From positions 26,372,669-26,436,668 of the forward strand of contig JARFYF010000012.1 in the NCBI GenBank assembly GCA_030265395.1: a stretch of 64,000 nucleotides of DNA, given 5' to 3'. The stretch comes from Rhina ancylostomus. Taxonomy: Eukaryota. Shown piece by piece: positions 57,691-64,000 of the stretch. The notes beneath the pieces were generated by a model, which did not search any database, was not told the origin of the DNA, and worked only from the letters and a program-made list of their open reading frames with translations. Position numbers and translations under genes: made by a program. How positions within the stretch are numbered: position 1 is the first letter of the stretch; the number at the start of each line of letters is the position of its first letter.

Positions 57691-59829
57691 ATAGTTGTTA
57701 GAGACATAACATTGGCAAGGATTGTACTTTTTTATTTAACATTCTGATAATGAAAACAGAAATAAGATTATAATACATAGCTTGGGGGCAATTTGAATCT
57801 ACTTTGTCACAGGGGACAACTACAGTCTTTGTGCCTCTAGCACAACATGCTACTTATGTATGTGGTGCATATTCCTCTTTGTTAAACCAACACACATTTT
57901 GAAGGACACCCTGAAGAGGTCTATTGCAAGACCCAGCATCCAATCACTCTCTCTTATTGCAAAGGAACAGGCAGCACATTCAAAGCAGTAAGTAGATAGG
58001 TTGTTAATTCTTTACTGGAAAGACTGCAAAGTTATTGTGGCTTTTATCTCCTGTTCAGGCAATTAAGTGGTACAATTAAGAAGCATTAAAGAGAAGCAAA
58101 ACTTGTGGTTTAAATTCCTAAATCAAGAACAGGTGCAGATTATGTTTTATCAACAAGGGATTGAAGCACAAAAACAATGGCTGGGCTGTCATTTGAACAC
58201 TTGAGTTCATAGTTTGGAAAGATACCTGAGGTTGAGGGGCTAGAAACTGCATAATGCCTGAGGAAGAGCATTACAAGTGTTCAACAGTAGGCACAACCTG
58301 TTTTGTGCAAGGCAGCCCAATCATTGGCTTGAGGACAATACTCAGAGAGCCACCTTTTACAAATGCAGAATTATGGATGGAAGTCAGCTTTATGAGGATT
58401 GTAGTGGAAGAGCTGGAGAAGATTACAGTGGAGTGCAGGATTGGTGGAGTCGAGACAGGATCAAGGTGAGTTAGGGAGGATGAGATTAAGCCAGAGTCTG
58501 TGAGAGTATAGTTCTGGGGTTTGGTGCTAGATAGTCTGTCAAAGAGAGAATCAGGGATCAGAAATGGGATGCATGTGGAAAATTCAGTCAGAGGTCAGAT
58601 GGAGAGATGATCAAGGGAGGGGTCAGGGTTAGACATGAGGCATTCAATAAATGGGTAGGCCTTATATACATAAGAATAACTTTGTGGAAGTGATGACAAT
58701 GTGGCCTTTGCACATTGTTTAACTAACATATAGTGGGAGTCTTCACGTGTCATATAAAGGATCTGCACCCAATTTAAAGAAGTGCTGTAGCAGCTCAATG
58801 CGTGATAGAGTTGAAATCATGGTTGTACTCAATCGAATTTCTAGGACAAGAGCCTTTAGCTGTGAAGTAAATGTTGGGTGATGGGGTATGGTTCTCCTTT
58901 GCTAAAATAACAACATTTAAGAGGAGAGAGGACTCAAAAGTTTTAATGAGAGCGAAGGGCAAAAAGTGATTTCTATTGGTCAGTGATTGGAGCATCAGGA
59001 TCCATAGTTACTTTAAAATAAATGAAGAAGTAGTCTAGAAATTCCTGTTTGCATGAAACCCTGCTCCAGAAAGCAAGAGAGTGAAAGGTTATGGAGGAGG
59101 AATAGGAAATAAATTGATAACTAGCCTGAATTTTGCAGACACCAGTCAGTGGTCCAAACTTCCTGGCTGAAGTTGACTCTAACATCAATGGCAAGACCCA
59201 GTCCATAGTTCTAGTCACATGGGAGAAAGGGAATATGACAGAACAATGTTGCAAAGACTTTGATCATGTTTATCATTGCTGCCAGTTTATCAATTGGCCA
59301 AAACACTGCATAATTTCCCAAATTTTGCCTTTCAAAAGCATTCAAAACTGTTTAAAAGCCCTTGAGTTAATCAAACTATTAAATTGGTTTCAGAATAGTT
59401 AAAAGTGGAACAAAAAATTTAAAAACTAAAGCACATTGTATACAAAATTATTTAAAATATACAAATTGTCACAATGTTGACCAAGGAGCAAGCTCACAGA
59501 GAACCCAAATGCAGCACACTGATACAAGACTGGAGTCAGGATACTTCCTCAGGACAAANNNNNNNNNNNNNNNNNNNNNNNNNNNNNNNNNNNNNNNNNN
59601 NNNNNNNNNNNNNNNNNNNNNNNNNNNNNNNNNNNNNNNNNNNNNNNNNNNNNNNNNNAGCATGGAATCCATGTCCTGGACAACAAGGCATTAAAGGAGC
59701 CAAATTGAGGGCCAGAACTCAGAACCATAACACAAATAAACTCAAACAGTTCAGAAACAAACCCTAAAATTACTAGCATTTAACATCTACTTTTACTCTC
59801 CACTGAAATCAATGGAGAAGGAGCCCTTT

Positions 59830-60470
59830 GCCAGAGTTATCCTGACACCGATTATCCTAGTAGACACCCCAAGGTCAGTGCTGGGGAAATGGCAGAACTT
59901 TGCGTTCTGTTGCTGGAACCCAAGACAAGTCCAGAAACAGATCATAGTTGTGACAAGTAGTTCAAACATCAATTGGGAAGTTGAGACTTCCATGTTCATG
60001 CACACATACATTGAAATTCTGAATTTGCTGGCAGTTTTGCAGAAGTACGGTCTTTTTGCCCACCAAATAGAGCCATGAGTTCCATTGACTTTTCAGAATG
60101 TGATGACGGAATAATTGGCTGCATGGATTGCTTCTGTACTGTGTTAATATATGATTCAGCTGTTGGGGTAACAAATGAGCAGCATTTAGCAAAGATTCTT
60201 TGTTGACACAAGAGACTGCAGATGCTGGAATCCAGAGCAAAATATAAACTGCTGGAAGAACTCAGCAGGTCAAGAAGCATCTGGGGAGGCAAAAGGATTG
60301 TAGACATTTCAGGCCGAGACCCTACATCAGGACTTCTTGTTGCCTGTTGTGTTGTACACAATTTGGCAGCACTGCATGGTTGTACCATCCCATTTGAAGT
60401 TATTGACAGAGAGGTGTGGAGGCAAATGGCAATGCCTGCAGTAGGAAGATCATTTAACTATTGAGCATAT
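59830..60470 (+). mobile_element. Second decayed Harbinger-like transposase fossil, interrupted by a Penelope-end fragment (60205-60333)
   Basis: Removing the insert restores AKILVACCVVHNLA (Harbinger C-terminal motif); weaker upstream matches AELCVLL and FQNVM/GIIGC. Confidence 0.5.
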
Positions 60471-61841
60471 TTGCAATGACATTATCTGTAATTATCTCCT
60501 ATCAGGGCCTGGTACTGTAATAAAACCCTGAAATATAGTGAGAAGCAACAAAAGGATATTGAATACCCTCATCCTCAGAAGACACATCCTTTCCTCAGAA
60601 ATACATTAAGGATATCACAGATAGAAAGTGGATGATTAGGATGATCAAAGAGACAAAAGAATTTACCAATTTAAAAAATGTGATGATTTATATTGAATTA
60701 CTATCAAAATGTAGATTAAAATCATATGGTTTTAAAAATTGTTTCGTTTGCTATATATAAGCTATGAAACATGTAGTGTCCACAAATTCTGTACATTCTC
60801 TTTACCACCTTGCTCTCATTGAGCAGCGGCACATTACCACCAGTTCACATTAGCACTGCTTTCTATATTGAGGCATCTTTTGTGTGTATTAGGACAGCCA
60901 CATTGGCATCTGTTTTGCACTGACTGTAGTAGAGCAATCAAAGAAAGGGCTGAGTTACATAGTAGGTTTTACATTCATCTTGAGGCCTCATTAAAACTGA
61001 GCCGCAATTAATAGTGTAAAACCTATCCATTCCTGCTGCCTGTGGTTGTCCCGCGTGAATTTAGATGGACTCAATTCAGTTTGTAGTCAGTAACACAACT
61101 GTTGTCNNNNNNNNNNNNNNNNNNNNNNNNNNNNNNNNNNNNNNNNNNNNNNNNNNNNNNNNNNNNNNNNNNNNNNNNNNNNNNNNNNNNNNNNNNNNNN
61201 NNNNNNTAATACAGCATTAATTAGTGCCACATTGTCAATCATTCAAGGTAATGATGCTGGTATGTATGAGAGAGTGAAGGGAGCACCCTACAGTGCTTCT
61301 CCAGCCATAGTATTTGGTTCAAAAGCAGTGAAATGGAAATGATGGGCCCCTGCTGTTTCTGGATCTATAATGTGTCTGCTGTTCATGTTGTTCAGAGATA
61401 AAGATGAACACTGCTTGTCCAACACTTATTAATTCTTGTCTTCAGGTCATTGTTTTGACTCATCCCCCTCATGAATTTCAGAGTCACTAGTTTTATGATG
61501 GGCAATTTTAGGTTATGTTTCCTGTCTAGTTTGGGACACTCGATAACATTCTCTTATGATTTCAGATACAATCAGCTTTGAAACTTCTGCCAGAGCAACT
61601 GCTGCCACCTTCTGACACTTTCATTTTACTGCCTTTTCATTTTTGATGTTATTTAGACAGTGCAGGTCCCAGTAACAATATTTTCTAAAAAAATATTCTA
61701 ACAGCCCAGAAACAAATGATGCACCAAGATTTCAGGGACTCATTTCACATCTTTTGTCAGCAGCGTAATGATATCATGGTGGCAGAACTTCAGATACTGT
61801 CTGATCTGCTGAATATCCCCAGCATTTTCTGCATAGATTCA

Positions 61842-62404
61842 GAGTTGACTTGCCCAAAGAAGAGAGGGTATTATTTTGGCTGAAGATCCATGACCAGTGG
61901 TGTTCCGCCAGGATCGGTGCTGGGGCCTCTGATGTTTGTGATATACATAACTGACGTGGATGAAAATGTAAATGGGGGGGTTAGTAAGTTTGCAGATGAC
62001 ACAAAAGTTGATGAAATTGTGGACAGTGTAGAGGGCTGTCAAAGGATACAGCAGAATATAGATCCGCAACAGATATGTGTTGAAAAATGGCAGGTGGAGT
62101 TTAATCTGAGCTGTTACACTTTTGGAGGTCTAATGTAAGGGGAAAGTATACAGTTAATGGCAGGATCCTGAAGAGTGTTGATGTACAGAGAAATCTTGGG
62201 GTCCAAGTCCATACCTCACTTAAAGTGGCCACACAAGTAGATAGGGTGGTAAAGAGGGCACACGGCATTGTCTTCATTGGTCAGATCATTGAGTATAAGA
62301 GTCAGGAAGTCATGTGGCAGCTCTATAGAACTTTGGTTAGGACATACTTGGAGTATTGTGTGCAATTCTGGTTGCCCAAGTACAGGAATAATATGGATGC
62401 TTTG
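61842..62404 (+). mobile_element. CR1 LINE RT fragment running into an N gap
   Basis: SGVPPGSVLGPLMFVIYI, SKFADDTK, LYRTLVRTYLEYCVQFW. Confidence 0.92.
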
Positions 62405-63933
62405 NNNNNNNNNNNNNNNNNNNNNNNNNNNNNNNNNNNNNNNNNNNNNNNNNNNNNNNNNNNNNNNNNNNNNNNNNNNNNNNNNNNNNNNNNNNNNNNN
62501 NNNNNNNNNNNNNNNNNNNNNNNNNNNNNNNNNNNNNNNNNNNNNNNNNNNNNNNNNNNNNNNNNNNNNNNNNNNNNNNNNNNNNNNNNNNNNNNNNNNN
62601 NNNNNNNNNNNNNNNNNNNNNNNNNNNNNNNNNNNNNNNNNNNNNNNNNNNNNNNNNNNNNNNNNNNNNNNNNNNNNNNNNNNNNNNNNNNNNNNNNNNN
62701 NNNNNNNNNNNNNNNNNNNNNNNNNNNNNNNNNNNNNNNNNNNNNNNNNNNNNNNNNNNNNNNNNNNNNNNNNNNNNNNNNNNNNNNNNNCTCAAATTTT
62801 ATTGAAATTGAACATCTAATTTCTAGGCAACATTATTTTGAAGAACTACAGTTATGTCTTGGAGCAGTTAAGGAGATGGGATTTCCCCAGCCTTAAATCA
62901 TACCTTCTGTCATATTTACGATTTTGGAATTGCCTGAAAGATTGCAAGAAGTGGAAGCTATTTCTGAGAGCCTGCTTCAAAACACAATATGATTAGGGGT
63001 GAACTTCTATCTCAACTCCATTTCCCCACTTTAGACCCAATCCCATGTTTCCCATAATGGCTATTGATCTCAGTTTTGAATATATTATCCACAGTCATCT
63101 GGAATAGAGAGTTCCAAACATTTACAAGACAGGAATTTTCTCCTCACCACTTATTCTAAGATTATAATCCTAATTCTGGACCCTCTATTTGTAGTAAATA
63201 ACTCATGGAAATTCAGGTGAATTTTATAGAATTCAGTGTGGTCACATCTCATTTATCTAAACTCTGATGAATGCAAGCTCATCCTCTCTCTTGTCAAAGG
63301 AAACACTCTGCTCTCAAGAATCTACTAAAACTTTGCTGCATACATACTGGGACAAGTATATCTATCAGATAAGACAACCTCTGCATGCTACTCTGGATCT
63401 GACTCACCACAACACTACATAATTGCAGCAAAACCTCTACCGATGTGCTTCTCTAACACCATCTTAATCATTCGTGAAAAATTCTTGGTCCAGCACACTA
63501 GCACTTGTTTCACATTATTTCATGTTCAAACCTACCTCTTCAAGTGTGGCTTTGGTTGCTTTTTCTACCCTGAAATTTGTCCCCTAATATCTGCTCAAAT
63601 ATAATGGCTGATCTCTTACTTTAGCACTATTTTTGTACATTAACTTCACATCCAAAAATCTATCCAGTTTTGTCTTGAATACACTTTGCCAGTGACCTCC
63701 ACTGCCCTCTTGGATAGAGAATTCAAAACTAGCTAAAAAATTCTCTTCAATCGTGAATTGTCACCCCTTACTTTTAGTCTGTGACTTCTGTTTCTAGATG
63801 CCCAAGCCATCTGGCATCTATTCTGTAATGCCCTGTAAGAAGTTTGTATGTTTCAATGAAATAGCAGCTCATGTTCTTAGCCCTAGAAAGTCAAGGCCCA
63901 GTTTGCAATTTCTTCACATAGGACACACCATTT

Positions 63934-63968
63934 TCCCCCACCACCACCACCACCACCACCCCCCCCCC
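63934..63968 (+). repeat. (CCA)n microsatellite with poly-C
   Basis: ccccaccaccaccaccaccaccacccccccccc. Confidence 0.9.
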
Positions 63969-64000
63969 ATCCTGCCTTCCATCCCAGAAAACAATAGTGA

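Overview
Eukaryotic, AT-rich genomic DNA with many assembly gaps. The repeat set (CR1, Rex1/Babar, RTE, L2, Penelope-like elements, V-SINEs) suggests a cartilaginous fish; this taxon call is inference. The window holds the 3' part of a JAKMIP3 (NECC2) ortholog on the + strand: 17 coding exons from 754 to the stop at 43960, encoding 521 aa, with every intron GT-AG and phase 0, ending in the tail anchor FLFLFLFFSLAFILWS. The 5' exons lie outside the window. The rest is mostly intronic or downstream sequence with decayed retroelements and two Harbinger transposase fossils. Most notable observations: (1) a ~108-nt antisense copy of eIF4G2/DAP5 MIF4G coding sequence next to the 5' end of a truncated CR1; (2) a dual-frame last coding exon whose TM-coding DNA doubles as the polypyrimidine tract of a second acceptor giving a TM-less frame, followed by a 3'UTR donor; (3) a ~175-bp locally templated insertion inside a Rex1 tail; (4) tandem splice sites; (5) an intronic promoter-like cluster with an RFX X-box and a candidate large downstream exon. 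No prokaryotic system, CRISPR array, tRNA or rRNA was found. Family assignments come from recalled motifs rather than database searches, and repeat boundaries are approximate.
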